44,629 bases of DNA from a virus (IMGVR_UViG_2609460219_000007); one strand, 5' to 3'. Counted from the stretch's first letter, positions 18,168 through 27,675 are shown. Program-made: numbers and translations. The notes: generated from the sequence alone by a model not told the origin.

Positions 18168-18380
18168 ATGTCTAACAAAATGACTGGTTTAGTGAAATGG
18201 TTTAACCCTGAAAAAGGTTTTGGTTTCATCACGCCGAAAGATGGTAGCAAAGATGTGTTTGTGCATTTCTCAGCTATTCAGAGCAACGATTTCAAAACGT
18301 TAACTGAGAATCAGGAAGTCGAATTTGGTATTGAGAACGGACCTAAAGGCCCTGCAGCTGTTCATGTAGTGGCACTTTGA
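18168..18380 (+). CDS. cspI: Cold shock protein CspI-like
   Basis: 70-aa product [70 protein letters not shown]. Confidence 0.85.
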   Translation: MSNKMTGLVKWFNPEKGFGFITPKDGSKDVFVHFSAIQSNDFKTLTENQEVEFGIENGPKGPAAVHVVAL

Positions 18381-18579
18381 GGTAGAAAATATTACAAACC
18401 ATATTCACTTTAGATGCCCGTGTTGCCATGGTTCTCAGTATAGAACATCATCTTTTGATGTTTCTGACAGAAATCCTTTCGGGGCAAAATGTATCTTTTG
18501 TAAATCAATGATGATTACATTTGATAATATTTCACAATACTTAAATGTTAGCCATCTGTCGTTAGATTTAAGAAAGTGA
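18370..18579 (+). pseudogene. Start-less zinc-ribbon reading frame paralogous to the 15293-15463 protein (possible remnant)
   Basis: Open frame ...HFRCPCCHGSQYRTSSFDVSDRNPFGAKCIFCKSMMITFDN... with no ATG/GTG/TTG before the Cys motif; sits between cspI and its terminator. Confidence 0.3.
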
Positions 18580-18586
18580 AAATGAA

Positions 18587-18607
18587 GGCTCCTTCGGGAG
18601 CTTTTTT
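18587..18607 (+). terminator. Rho-independent terminator of the cspI transcript
   Basis: GCTCC-TTCG-GGAGC hairpin followed by TTTTTTGC. Confidence 0.65.
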
Positions 18608-18651
18608 GCTTAGTGTCTAGTCGATGGATACTCACATATTACGGTAACATT

Positions 18652-18882
18652 ATGAAAAAAATAATAGTTTTTTTTAACTCTGAACCAGCAATGGTAGTGC
18701 CAGTGATGACCGGAGTTAACACCATCATGCGTGAATATCCAAATGGCGAAACAACACACCTCACTGTAATGGCTGCAGGGTTTCCATCTCTGACCGGAGA
18801 TCATAAAGTCATTTATGTAGCAGCGGATCGACATGTAACTTCAGAAGAAATTCTGGAAGCAGCAATGAGACTCTTGAATTGA
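18652..18882 (+). CDS. Hypothetical protein
   Basis: 76-aa ORF from MKKIIVFFNSEPAMVVPVMTG...; weak RBS. Confidence 0.4.
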   Translation: MKKIIVFFNSEPAMVVPVMTGVNTIMREYPNGETTHLTVMAAGFPSLTGDHKVIYVAADRHVTSEEILEAAMRLLN

Positions 18883-19051
18883 TTTGATTCTAATGCATTG
18901 ATAATAAATGATAATCATTTTTATCTGTTTGTGTGAAATTTAGACCGTCGTATGTTGATTATTGCGATGTTTCATCTTATCTTTTATACGTTTGCTCCAT
19001 ATAATTGACACTACTGTGTACCAGGACAGTCATAACAGACTAAAAGAGGAA

Positions 19052-19228
19052 ATGATGAACATTGAAGAGTTAAAAACAAAAACAGAAGCAGATATTTCTG
19101 AATATATAACAAAAAAAATCATTGAGCTTAAGAAAAAGACCGGGAAAGAAGTTACCAGTATCCAGTTTACTGCACGGGAAAAAATGACTGGTCTTGAAAG
19201 CTATGATATCAAGATTGATTTAATCTAG
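19052..19228 (+). CDS. gnsB: GnsA/GnsB-family small protein
   Basis: 58-aa product MMNIEELKTKTEADISEYITKKIIELKKKTGKEVTSIQFTAREKMTGLESYDIKIDLI, similar to recalled GnsB. Confidence 0.7.
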   Translation: MMNIEELKTKTEADISEYITKKIIELKKKTGKEVTSIQFTAREKMTGLESYDIKIDLI

Positions 19229-19523
19229 CATGTTTATAGTATTAGCATCAATTTCTCATCAGATGCTATTCAACAATACAAATTACCCATAAACCTCGTT
19301 TTTACGGGGTTTTGTTATATTTAAACATTACCGAATAGATATAAATCTCGATTGTCGATGGTATTGGTTGTGTGACAATACCTAGTCTTTCCGGTATGCC
19401 TGAAGAGAATACAAACGACAGATTATGTAAGGGAAACGCGCTGAAACTTTCACTCTTTCATGCTGAGTGATTTGACGTTATATTTTTAGCCGCAAGTGAA
19501 GAGCAAACGAATGGAGCGACAAA

Positions 19524-19730
19524 ATGCATAAAGATCAATACACTGATGCCCCCTCCCAGGAGCAGGTTCGTGTAAAAACTATGCTTAATAGCACCATTTC
19601 GATGGGTTACCCGGATGTTGTAATTGCATGTATAGAACATCAAGTATCTCTGGAAGCATTCANGGCAATTGAGGCCGCGTTAGTAAAGCACGATAAGAAT
19701 ACGAAGGATTATTCCCTGGTGGTTGACTGA
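19524..19730 (+). CDS. Hypothetical protein
   Basis: 68-aa ORF with GGAG RBS; one N. Confidence 0.4.
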   Translation: MHKDQYTDAPSQEQVRVKTMLNSTISMGYPDVVIACIEHQVSLEAFXAIEAALVKHDKNTKDYSLVVD

Positions 19731-20067
19731 TCACCATAACTGCTAACCATTCTGACCATTTCACAAGTGACAGAGTCAATATCGTATTCTGTCACTGTAA
19801 GGCTAATACAGTACTGCAATTCAACTACAGCAATGCCTCGTATTTAGGTGAATTTACAATATCGTCCAGTTCGGATGCAGGCTGCATTTCTGAAGATAAG
19901 GCATTTCGGTTCGCGTATTTTCCCCTCATGCTCGTCAGTCCTGCGCGTAGTAAGAAACAGGACACTCACACTAATTTGTGTGGGCATGCTGTGATGTCCT
20001 TCTGAATTATCCCCATGCCATTATGTAAAGCTCTGTTTCAGATGCTCGTCACGGTTGTCAGGCTGTC

Positions 20068-20290
20068 GGGTCCTCCCAGTGGGGGTCCCTGCCACGGGGC
20101 GGGAGCGTCGCGGAAAAAGGCTAGTTTTTGCATTTCCATGGCGGCGGCAGCATGTTTGGTAATTTATTGATAATTAAAAGTTATTTCTCTTTTTACCTGT
20201 ACAATATTTTTTTCTCCCTGTCATTAGACCAGTTTACAATTAATTGAAATATATAAATAAACATGATTTTCACCTGCCAGATGGAGTTGC
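20068..20290. repeat. cos-like packaging region of the prophage (copy 1 of a three-member repeat family)
   Basis: Block GGGTCCTCCC...CTGCCACGGGGCGGGAGCGTCGCGGAAAAAGGCTAGTTTTTGCATTT... directly upstream of terS; near-identical blocks recur at 28657 and 31194. Confidence 0.6.
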
Positions 20291-20292
20291 TT

Positions 20293-20820
20293 ATGTCAAA
20301 TGTGAGCGGGATCGGTGATGCTTATTACTGGAGTGTTTTTAAAATCGCTGAGGCCTTTGGGCTTCACCGGGACACAGTAAAAAAACGGCTTCTCGCGGCC
20401 AACACTCCTGTGGCTGCGACTGTCAGGGGGAACCCCGTTTACGCCCTGCAGCATGTCGGGCCAGCCCTGTTTAGTGTGAAGCATGAGGCAGCAGACTCTG
20501 TTCATGATCCATCCCGTATGGAGCCGAAAGAGAGAAAGGACTGGTACCAGTCTGAAAATGAAAGGATCAAGCTGGAAAAGGAGCAGCGAAAACTCATCCC
20601 CGTTGATGAAGTAGTCATCGTCTATTCGTCCATGAGAAAGGCTGTCGTCCAGGTTCTGGAGACAATTCCGGATGTTCTTGAACGCGATTGCGCCCTGACT
20701 CCTCAGGCCGTCGGCGTTGTACAGCAGGCAATTGATGACCTGCGATACACTCTTCAGGAAAAATCCTACGAGGCTTGTGCTGCTGAATTAATTCCTGATG
20801 AGGAAGGAGAGAGTCTCTAG
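20293..20820 (+). CDS. Terminase small subunit (Nu1-like)
   Basis: 175-aa product from MSNVSGIGDAYYW...; GGAG RBS; immediately followed by terL; homologous to a second copy at 31419-31904 (shared ...ME..RK.WYQSE.ER.K.E.E...LIP.D.V...). Confidence 0.8.
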   Translation: MSNVSGIGDAYYWSVFKIAEAFGLHRDTVKKRLLAANTPVAATVRGNPVYALQHVGPALFSVKHEAADSVHDPSRMEPKERKDWYQSENERIKLEKEQRKLIPVDEVVIVYSSMRKAVVQVLETIPDVLERDCALTPQAVGVVQQAIDDLRYTLQEKSYEACAAELIPDEEGESL

Positions 20821-20828
20821 GAGGAATA

Positions 20829-21821
20829 ATGGGTTTTTCATCAGCCCGAAATTTGGGAAGGGACATATCGGCAGGATTTTCCCCACCACGTCGCATGCCG
20901 ATTTCGGAGGCTGTTAAAAAATTCATGCGTGTTCCCAAGGGGGCTGGTAACTCGGTGCCATGGGATCCTGAACTGACACCCTACATCATTGAGCCCATGA
21001 ACTGCCTGGCATCGCGTGAATACGATGCGGTGATTTTTGTTGGTCCTGCGCGAACAGGGAAGACCATTGGTCTGATCGATGGATGGATTGTCTATACCAT
21101 CGTTTGCGATCCTTCGGACATGCTCGTTGTGCAGATGACCGAAGATAAGGCCCGCGAGCATTCTAAAAAGCGCCTCGACAGAACGTTCAGAAGCAGTGCG
21201 GCGGTAAAGAAAAGAATGAGTCCACGTCGTAACGACAATAATGTCCATGATAAGACGTTCAGGGATGGCTCGTTCCTTAAAATTGGTTGGCCCTCGGTCA
21301 ACATTATGTCGTCGTCGGATTACCGGTTTGTCGCCTTAACCGATTACGACCGTTTTCCGGAGAATATCGACAGCGAGGGTGATGGTTTCTCCCTGGCCTC
21401 AAAACGTACCACCACATTTATGTCCGCCGGGATGACTCTGGTGGAGAGCTCGCCGGGACGTGACATCTGCGACAGCAAATGGCGACGTAAGTCGCCTCAT
21501 GAAGCGCCACCGACGACTGGTATTCTTTCCCTTTACAATCGTGGTGACCGCCGCCGCTGGTACTGGTCATGTCCGCACTGCGGTGAATATTTTCAGCCAG
21601 CCATGGATGCCATGACCGGCTACCGTAATGAACCGGATCCCTTTAAAGCCAGTGAGGCGGCGTATCTACTTTGCCCGCACTGCAGCGGCATTATCACTGC
21701 GGAGAAAAAGCGTGAGCTCAATAGTGCAGGAGTCTGGTTGCGTGAAGGTCAGGTCATTGATCGTAACGGCAACGTTTCCGGTGAACCGCGCCGCTCCCGT
21801 ATCGCCAGTTTCTGGATGTAG
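20829..21821 (+). CDS. Terminase large subunit (TerL/gpA-like), N-terminal ATPase portion; reading frame interrupted at 21819
   Basis: 330-aa ORF with Walker A-like VGPARTGKT and a CPHCGEY...CPHCSG zinc-finger region; ends ...RIASFWM* exactly at the left junction of the inserted element; the C-terminal portion resumes at 32564. Confidence 0.8.
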   Translation: MGFSSARNLGRDISAGFSPPRRMPISEAVKKFMRVPKGAGNSVPWDPELTPYIIEPMNCLASREYDAVIFVGPARTGKTIGLIDGWIVYTIVCDPSDMLVVQMTEDKAREHSKKRLDRTFRSSAAVKKRMSPRRNDNNVHDKTFRDGSFLKIGWPSVNIMSSSDYRFVALTDYDRFPENIDSEGDGFSLASKRTTTFMSAGMTLVESSPGRDICDSKWRRKSPHEAPPTTGILSLYNRGDRRRWYWSCPHCGEYFQPAMDAMTGYRNEPDPFKASEAAYLLCPHCSGIITAEKKRELNSAGVWLREGQVIDRNGNVSGEPRRSRIASFWM

Positions 21822-21982
21822 GGTACATTTCTTACCTGTTTTTATGTTCTGGTGTCGTTTTGTAGTCTTTTCAATGAGTTGTGATTTTTTGTGTTTCCTC
21901 TCTTTACTTGATAATGAGTTAGTTTATCGCTTGTTATCGACTTGAAAGGACTACATGACGGACTAAAAAATGAGGGCGATAG

Positions 21983-23156
21983 ATGCCGGTAAAGCCATTA
22001 ACTGTGACTGAAGTTAAGGGAATGAAACCACGTGAAAAGGACTATGCCGTTTATGATGGGTTCGGTTTATTGCTGAATGTGAGTAAAGCTGGTGGGAAAG
22101 TGTGGCGTTTCCGTTATAGCCATCCGATAACGAAGAAACGGCAGACATACACGATAGGGCGTTTTCCTGAATTCTCACTCGCGGAAGCACGGGAAGTACG
22201 TGATGAACTTCGGCGAATGATTGCACGTGGAGTTGATCCAGTGACAGAGAAGAAAAATCGTAAAATTGAGATGTCACTAAAAAATCTACAAACATTTGAA
22301 GCTGTTGCTAATGCATGGATCGCTTTTAAAAAGGGATCGGAATTGCGGAAACCTACGCTGTATAATATCGAATATGAAGTATACAAATATCTTGTTCCTT
22401 TCTTTGGTAAGTACAGCATAGAGAAAATTACAGCGCCAGTAGCTATTAATGCTCTGGATGCCGTATCCGATAAGAATGCGTTGCAAAAAAAANTTAATAT
22501 CAAGATTAAATGAAATTATGAATTACGCTGTAAATTGTGGAGCATTGAAAACGAATCCATTACTTAAGATAAAAACTGCATTCACAGGAAAGAAAAATAA
22601 ATCATTAGCTGCACTACCTGTTGAAAGATTGCCTGAATTTCTGAGTTGGTGGGATAGTGTGCCTCATAAGTATCAAATAGCTCACAATGCACTTTTATTC
22701 CAGATATTGACAATGGTCAGGCCAGGTGAGGCGATTAAAGCAGAGTGGTCCGAGATTGATTTTGATTCTGGCTTGTGGATTATCCCCGCGCATAAAATGA
22801 AATGCCATCGTGAACATGTTGTGCCTCTCTCATCACAGGCTATTAGAATCCTAAGAACAATGCAGGAAATAAAAAGAGGGCGTTATATATTTTTTTCCTC
22901 CAGAACAAAAGATGCTCCTATGGGAAAGAATACTATCAATACCCCAATTGCTGCCAGCAAGTTCAAAGGGATTGTAACGTTACACGGTTTTCGTTCGATG
23001 TGGAGTACGCTTTTAAATGAGGAGGGTTTTAACCCTGATGTTATTGAGGCTGCATTAGCACATAAAAGTGGTGATAAAATAAGAGATATTTATAATAGAA
23101 CTACTTATTTAGAACAACGCAAAATTATGATGCAATNGGGTAGGAGATTTTTTTGA
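21983..23156 (+). CDS. P4-type tyrosine integrase (apparent frameshift at an A-run containing N at 22493)
   Basis: Two overlapping ORFs (21983-22513, 22449-23156) that together read as one integrase: N-terminal arm-binding-type domain, C-terminal catalytic ...HGFRSMWSTLLNE...ALAHKSGDKIRDIYNR...; sits at the left end of the element. Confidence 0.8.
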
Positions 23157-23235
23157 TGAGGCGAGAAAAGGGGTAATTAATAGATCCGGTGGTAAGAAAG
23201 GTTTGAGAATAGTAAATGGTTGAGGAGTTCAGCAA

Positions 23236-23439
23236 ATGAATACCAATGAAGATATTTTATTTACTAAAGACGTAATGAAAATTTTGCGCTATGGGGCAAT
23301 GAGCGCATTCATCAATTTCTGGAAAGATGAAAATAATGGTTTTCCTCAACCGTTCAGAATTGGGCGGCGGCATACCTGGCACCGTAGAGATGTAGAGGCA
23401 TGGTTAGATAAACAACGAGAACAGGCCAATCCCCACTAA
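23236..23439 (+). CDS. AlpA-family transcriptional regulator / excisionase-like
   Basis: 67-aa small HTH protein directly downstream of the integrase (int-alpA arrangement of P4/PICI elements). Confidence 0.7.
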   Translation: MNTNEDILFTKDVMKILRYGAMSAFINFWKDENNGFPQPFRIGRRHTWHRRDVEAWLDKQREQANPH

Positions 23440-23453
23440 TAATATCTTTCATA

Positions 23454-23478
23454 CCCCGCACGCAATGCGGGGTTTTTT
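23454..23478 (+). terminator. Rho-independent terminator after the alpA-like gene
   Basis: CCCCGCA-CGCAA-TGCGGGG hairpin followed by TTTTTT. Confidence 0.7.
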
Positions 23479-23497
23479 GTATGTGAGGTAAAAAACG

Positions 23498-24079
23498 ATG
23501 AATAAAAATATTGCCGTGACGGGCAAGGGGTACGCTCGTTCAGTAAAAAAATTCTGCGATATTCGTGATCTTGTCGTTCTGCGCTTTGATGGCGTGGATG
23601 TTCGTGTGGTGTATCTGAACGGCGATCCGTGGTTTATTGCAAAGGATGTTTGTGAAGCTCTGGAAATAAGCAACTCACGCGATGCTCTAAAAGCTCTGGA
23701 TGTGGATGAGAAGAATACCGTCGCTTTAAGCTACGGTATTCGCGGAAATCCAAATCATAGCGTCGTTTCTGAATCTGGTTTTTACAAGCTGATCGCCAGA
23801 AGTCGCAAAGCTGTTACTCCTGGCACGTTCGCCCATCGTTTCAGTAACTGGGTATTCAGGAATGTGATACCAGGTATCAGAAAAACGGGGGCTTATGGTA
23901 TCCCGTGGGGGGCATTACAGGATTTTTCCCGCCGTAAAGAGCAATATCAAATAAGTGCCAGCGAGAAGGGGAGGGAGCTACAGGCATGTAAGCGCAAAAA
24001 GCGTGAGCTGGAGGAAGAAGAAAAAAGGCTGATACGTGAATATCAGCCTGAGTTTTACTTTGGTGAGCGTATTCAGTAA
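23498..24079 (+). CDS. Bro-N domain protein (antirepressor-like)
   Basis: 193-aa product; N-terminal ...FDGVDVRVVYLNGDPWFIAKDVCEALEISNSRDALKALDVDEK... is Bro-N-like; C-terminal charged coiled-coil. Confidence 0.65.
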   Translation: MNKNIAVTGKGYARSVKKFCDIRDLVVLRFDGVDVRVVYLNGDPWFIAKDVCEALEISNSRDALKALDVDEKNTVALSYGIRGNPNHSVVSESGFYKLIARSRKAVTPGTFAHRFSNWVFRNVIPGIRKTGAYGIPWGALQDFSRRKEQYQISASEKGRELQACKRKKRELEEEEKRLIREYQPEFYFGERIQ

Positions 24080-24254
24080 CCACGCGCATTGCTGATTATA
24101 CGATACATCGTGTTAACCGGGAAGCTCCCCACCAGCAAGGCAAAATCTTCTGCTAAAAAATGACATATGAGCAGCCGTCCTGAAAGCATGAAGTTTTGCA
24201 GGAATAGATGCTGCAGTTCTTTATTTTATCAATTGGACTTTAGATAAAAGTAAA

Positions 24255-24273
24255 GGCGACCGAGGTGGTCGCC
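24255..24273. terminator. Bidirectional intrinsic terminator between convergent genes
   Basis: GGCGACC-GAGGT-GGTCGCC hairpin with T-runs on both sides. Confidence 0.6.
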
Positions 24274-24295
24274 AGTTTTATTTTTATATTTTTCT

Positions 24296-24703
24296 CTATT
24301 GCATCAACAATGAATGTCTTATCCACATTACGAGGGATGGAATAATTTTTATGTATCCGCCATATGCCCATATAATGGTGCCAAAAACAGTTAGTCCAAC
24401 CCCGAGTACTTCAGCTTTTATTTCCTCTCTGACCTCAACTCGAGCTTTAGCTAAGTTTTCTTCTCGTATCTTTTGTGATTCTTCCGCAGACAATGGCGGG
24501 CCAGTTACGCCACTGCGTGAATTAATTTCAGCTTCGCGATTAGATAATTTTTTTAAAGTTGTGAACTTGATTGTATACAACAATCCAAAAACTGAAATAA
24601 TTGCACCTGAGCTGGCGAATAGATTCATATCATTAAGATATTGGCCGAACNAAAAAGCTTGCTCCACAAAAAACACATAATATGGCAATGGATGTTTTTG
24701 CAC
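24296..24703 (-). CDS. Small two-TM membrane protein (AT-rich cargo gene)
   Basis: ORF with hydrophobic helices (SGAIISVFGLLYTI; VLGVGLTVFGTIIWAYGGYIKII) flanking a charged segment; N at 24651 makes the 5' end uncertain (alternative start MNLFASSG at 24634). Confidence 0.45.
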   Translation of the reverse strand: MQKHPLPYYVFFVEQAFXFGQYLNDMNLFASSGAIISVFGLLYTIKFTTLKKLSNREAEINSRSGVTGPPLSAEESQKIREENLAKARVEVREEIKAEVLGVGLTVFGTIIWAYGGYIKIIPSLVMWIRHSLLMQ

Positions 24704-24771
24704 CGAGTATTTTCAGTAATATTGTTCTAAATCTCTTCATTGTTAATATATCCTATCATAGAAGTAGTAAT

Positions 24772-24966
24772 TCACCCCTTAGGTTCGATACCGCGCCGCT
24801 TTAGTTCGGAGCGCCCTAACTCTTTAAGCCAGTTAGCAAGGCTTACACCATCATTATTAGCCTCGCTATCAAACTGTTCTTTCAGTTCTGGAGCTATACG
24901 CATATGGAAAGGGGGAGCCTTTCCTGTCCCTTTGGGTTTTTTATCGCGTTTAATTATTGTTGACAT
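24772..24966 (-). CDS. Ribbon-helix-helix (CopG/Arc-like) DNA-binding protein
   Basis: 64-aa product ...HMRIAPELKEQFDSEANNDGVSLANWLKELGRSEL... with RHH-like pattern; start abuts a 12-bp inverted repeat. Confidence 0.55.
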   Translation of the reverse strand: MSTIIKRDKKPKGTGKAPPFHMRIAPELKEQFDSEANNDGVSLANWLKELGRSELKRRGIEPKG

Positions 24967-25009
24967 GTGTACACCTATAGCGTTATGTTTTCATTCGATA
25001 GGTGTACAC
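24967..25009. promoter_or_regulatory. Candidate operator: inverted repeat GTGTACACCTAT ... ATAGGTGTACAC
   Basis: Perfect 12-bp arms at 24967-24978 and 24998-25009, immediately upstream of the RHH gene in a divergent intergenic region; further ACACGTGT palindrome at 25014-25021. Confidence 0.5.
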
Positions 25010-25301
25010 CTTAACACGTGTGCATTTAATAACGCAACGCCCCGCAGTGCTGGAACACATGCAGGGCGTCTAACCACCAACGATAGCAACAGTATCGAGG
25101 TAGCTATGTTAAATCATACCACACACCCGCAAGGGCGGGACTCGCACAACCTGAATAAATACATCTGGCGTTTTATCGCCCTGAGCACCGCACAACCGCG
25201 CGTGATTCACATCGAGGCCACCAGCGAACAGGAAGTCCGCCAGCAATCCACGGTTGGCTGCGTGATGGTATTCACTGCCTGTATTCGTCAGGGGGCGCAG
25301 C

Positions 25302-25502
25302 ATGCACAATTATGAAGCGCACTTACCTGTAGTTCTTAATGTGCCGTCAGATTATACGGGACGCGTTTTGATATTTCTCGATAAAGGGAAAGTGAAATCA
25401 CAATGCCGCCTTAGAAATAATGAGGTTGTTGGTTCTCTGGCTTTTTTTTCTGAGGCCTGTATTCGTGCCGGAATAAAACTTGAATCACTGACAGGAAAAT
25501 AA
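25302..25502 (+). CDS. Hypothetical protein
   Basis: 66-aa ORF upstream of the primase gene. Confidence 0.35.
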   Translation: MHNYEAHLPVVLNVPSDYTGRVLIFLDKGKVKSQCRLRNNEVVGSLAFFSEACIRAGIKLESLTGK

Positions 25503-25507
25503 AAACC

Positions 25508-25807
25508 ATGAAAAAGAAAAATTCTGGCTTTACTGCCAGTGACTTCTCTCGGCCTGAAATCCGCCCCGGCGATATTTTCCGTGATAACTACGGCGGTACG
25601 GTAACGATTAAAGGCGTGGCAGAACGGCGCATCACCTACCGNCGTGAAGGTTACGAATATGATTGCGTGATGCCTGTTTATCAATTCCGGCGTGATTTTT
25701 CCCTGGTACATGCTGCGCCCCGCAGTAAACCCACCAGCAGGGAAAAAGTGCGGGGAAATATCCAGAAAATGAAAAGCATGATTAACGCATTCAGGGGCAA
25801 AAAATGA
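25508..25807 (+). CDS. Hypothetical protein
   Basis: 99-aa ORF overlapping the primase start (ATGA); one N. Confidence 0.45.
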   Translation: MKKKNSGFTASDFSRPEIRPGDIFRDNYGGTVTIKGVAERRITYXREGYEYDCVMPVYQFRRDFSLVHAAPRSKPTSREKVRGNIQKMKSMINAFRGKK

Positions 25808-27663
25808 AGCTTGCACCGAACTTAAAAAAACAGCCACGCGACAGACTGACAGAGGTAATCATCTTTGCGGGTAGTGATGCGTGGAGCCATGCGAAAGAGT
25901 GGCAGGAGTNGGCAGGTAAACATATTGCTGCCGACAACGTGCCGCCTGTTGTGCTGGCTGATGAGCAACTGAAAAACATCACCGACTACCGGATCATTGA
26001 TGATGGTCGTGAATGTGTACGCATTTATTGCGCAGGCCATATCACAGAGCGCAGTCTTACGCAGATCGCCACCTTACTTGCAGTTGCTGGTGTGCAAAAT
26101 GCACGTTGTTGGCGGAGCTTTGCAGATAAGGAATCGCCGGAGGACTGGTCGCCGCGCCTTGCCGGGCTGAAAGCTGAATATGAACGCGGAGAAAGTCTGG
26201 TTATGAGCAGCAGGGAATTAGCAGAAAGTAAAAAAGTAGTTGAACTGCCTGTAAAGAAAAAAGAGCGGATAAAAGACGATAAGGCTTCATCACTGGCGCT
26301 TAACCAGATGGGAGCAAGTCAACGCGGTGAAGTCCTCCTGGCACGTTATGGCGGTGAACTGGCGATTCATGCCGACTCTGACACTGTTCACCATTACAAC
26401 GGCGTTGTATGGGAGCCAGTACAGGATAAAGAGTTACAGCGTGCTATGGCGCAGATTTTCATTGATGCGGAGATCAGCTATTCGCAGAACGCCATTAAAT
26501 CGGCGGTCGATACCATGAAGTTAAGCTTGCCTGTGATGGGGAATACAGCCCGTAACCTGATTGGATTCAGTAACGGGGTATTTGATACCCGGACAGGTAA
26601 TTTTCGGAAGCATAACAAAAATGACTGGTTGTTAATTGCCAGTGAATTACCGTTCAGNCCACCAGCAGAGGGGGAAACGCTGGCAACACATGCGCCGAAT
26701 TTCTGGAAGTGGTTGCGCCGTTCGGTGGCTGAGAATGACCGCAAGGCAGATCGTGTACTGGCGGCATTATTCATGGTGCTGGCGAACCGGTACGACTGGC
26801 AGTTATTCATTGAGGTAACAGGGCCGGGGGGAAGCGGTAAAAGCGTGATGGCGGAGATTTGCACCATGCTGGCGGGTAAGGCTAATACAGTATCAGCAAG
26901 CATGAAGGCGCTGGAAGACGCAAGGGAACGCGCGTTAGTGGTTGGCTTTTCGCTGATTATCATGCCGGATATGACCCGCTACGCTGGTGATGGGGCAGGG
27001 ATTAAGGCCATTACAGGCGGTGACAAGGTGGCAATTGACCCGAAACACAAAGCCCCCTATTCAACGCGTATTCCGGCAGTAGTGCTGGCGGTTAACAATA
27101 ACGCCATGTCATTCAGTGATCGCAGCGGGGGGATCTCACGTCGTCGGGTGATATTCAATTTTTCGGAAGTTGTACCGGAGAACGAACGCGATTCGATGCT
27201 GGCGGAAAAAATAGAAGGTGAGTTGGCGGTAGTGATTCGTCATCTGCTTACACGATTTGCTGATCAGGACGAAGCCAGACGCCTGTTATATGAGCAGCAG
27301 AAATCTGAAGAAGCACTGGCGATAAAGCGAGAGGGGGATTCGCTGGTGGACTTCTGCGGCTATCTCATGGCATCGGTAATGTGTGATGGCCTGTTAGTGG
27401 GTAATGCTGAAATTGTGCCATTCAGNCCACGCAGGTATCTCTATCATGCCTATCTGGCTTATATGAGGGCACATGGGTTTGGTAAACCTGTAACACTGAC
27501 GCGCTTCGGTAAAGATATGCCGGGGGCAATGGCGGAATATGGCAGGGAGTATATGAAACGGAAAACGAAGCACGGTTTGCGTTCAAACGTGACCCTGACG
27601 GAGGAATCAGAAGACTGGATGCCATCATGTGTATCGGTCACTAATGACGATAGCAAAAATTAA
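25804..27663 (+). CDS. Primase/replicative helicase (P4 alpha-like, P-loop NTPase)
   Basis: 619-aa product with Walker A GPGGSGKS and a Walker B-like hydrophobic stretch; followed by an iteron array. Confidence 0.8.
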   Translation: MKLAPNLKKQPRDRLTEVIIFAGSDAWSHAKEWQEXAGKHIAADNVPPVVLADEQLKNITDYRIIDDGRECVRIYCAGHITERSLTQIATLLAVAGVQNARCWRSFADKESPEDWSPRLAGLKAEYERGESLVMSSRELAESKKVVELPVKKKERIKDDKASSLALNQMGASQRGEVLLARYGGELAIHADSDTVHHYNGVVWEPVQDKELQRAMAQIFIDAEISYSQNAIKSAVDTMKLSLPVMGNTARNLIGFSNGVFDTRTGNFRKHNKNDWLLIASELPFXPPAEGETLATHAPNFWKWLRRSVAENDRKADRVLAALFMVLANRYDWQLFIEVTGPGGSGKSVMAEICTMLAGKANTVSASMKALEDARERALVVGFSLIIMPDMTRYAGDGAGIKAITGGDKVAIDPKHKAPYSTRIPAVVLAVNNNAMSFSDRSGGISRRRVIFNFSEVVPENERDSMLAEKIEGELAVVIRHLLTRFADQDEARRLLYEQQKSEEALAIKREGDSLVDFCGYLMASVMCDGLLVGNAEIVPFXPRRYLYHAYLAYMRAHGFGKPVTLTRFGKDMPGAMAEYGREYMKRKTKHGLRSNVTLTEESEDWMPSCVSVTNDDSKN

Positions 27664-27675
27664 ACTTATGGAATA

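Noticed and set aside
25352-25837. 161-aa minus-strand ORF overlapping two small plus-strand genes and the primase start
   Set aside because: Antisense to a coherent plus-strand gene series with translational coupling; no RBS; likely spurious.
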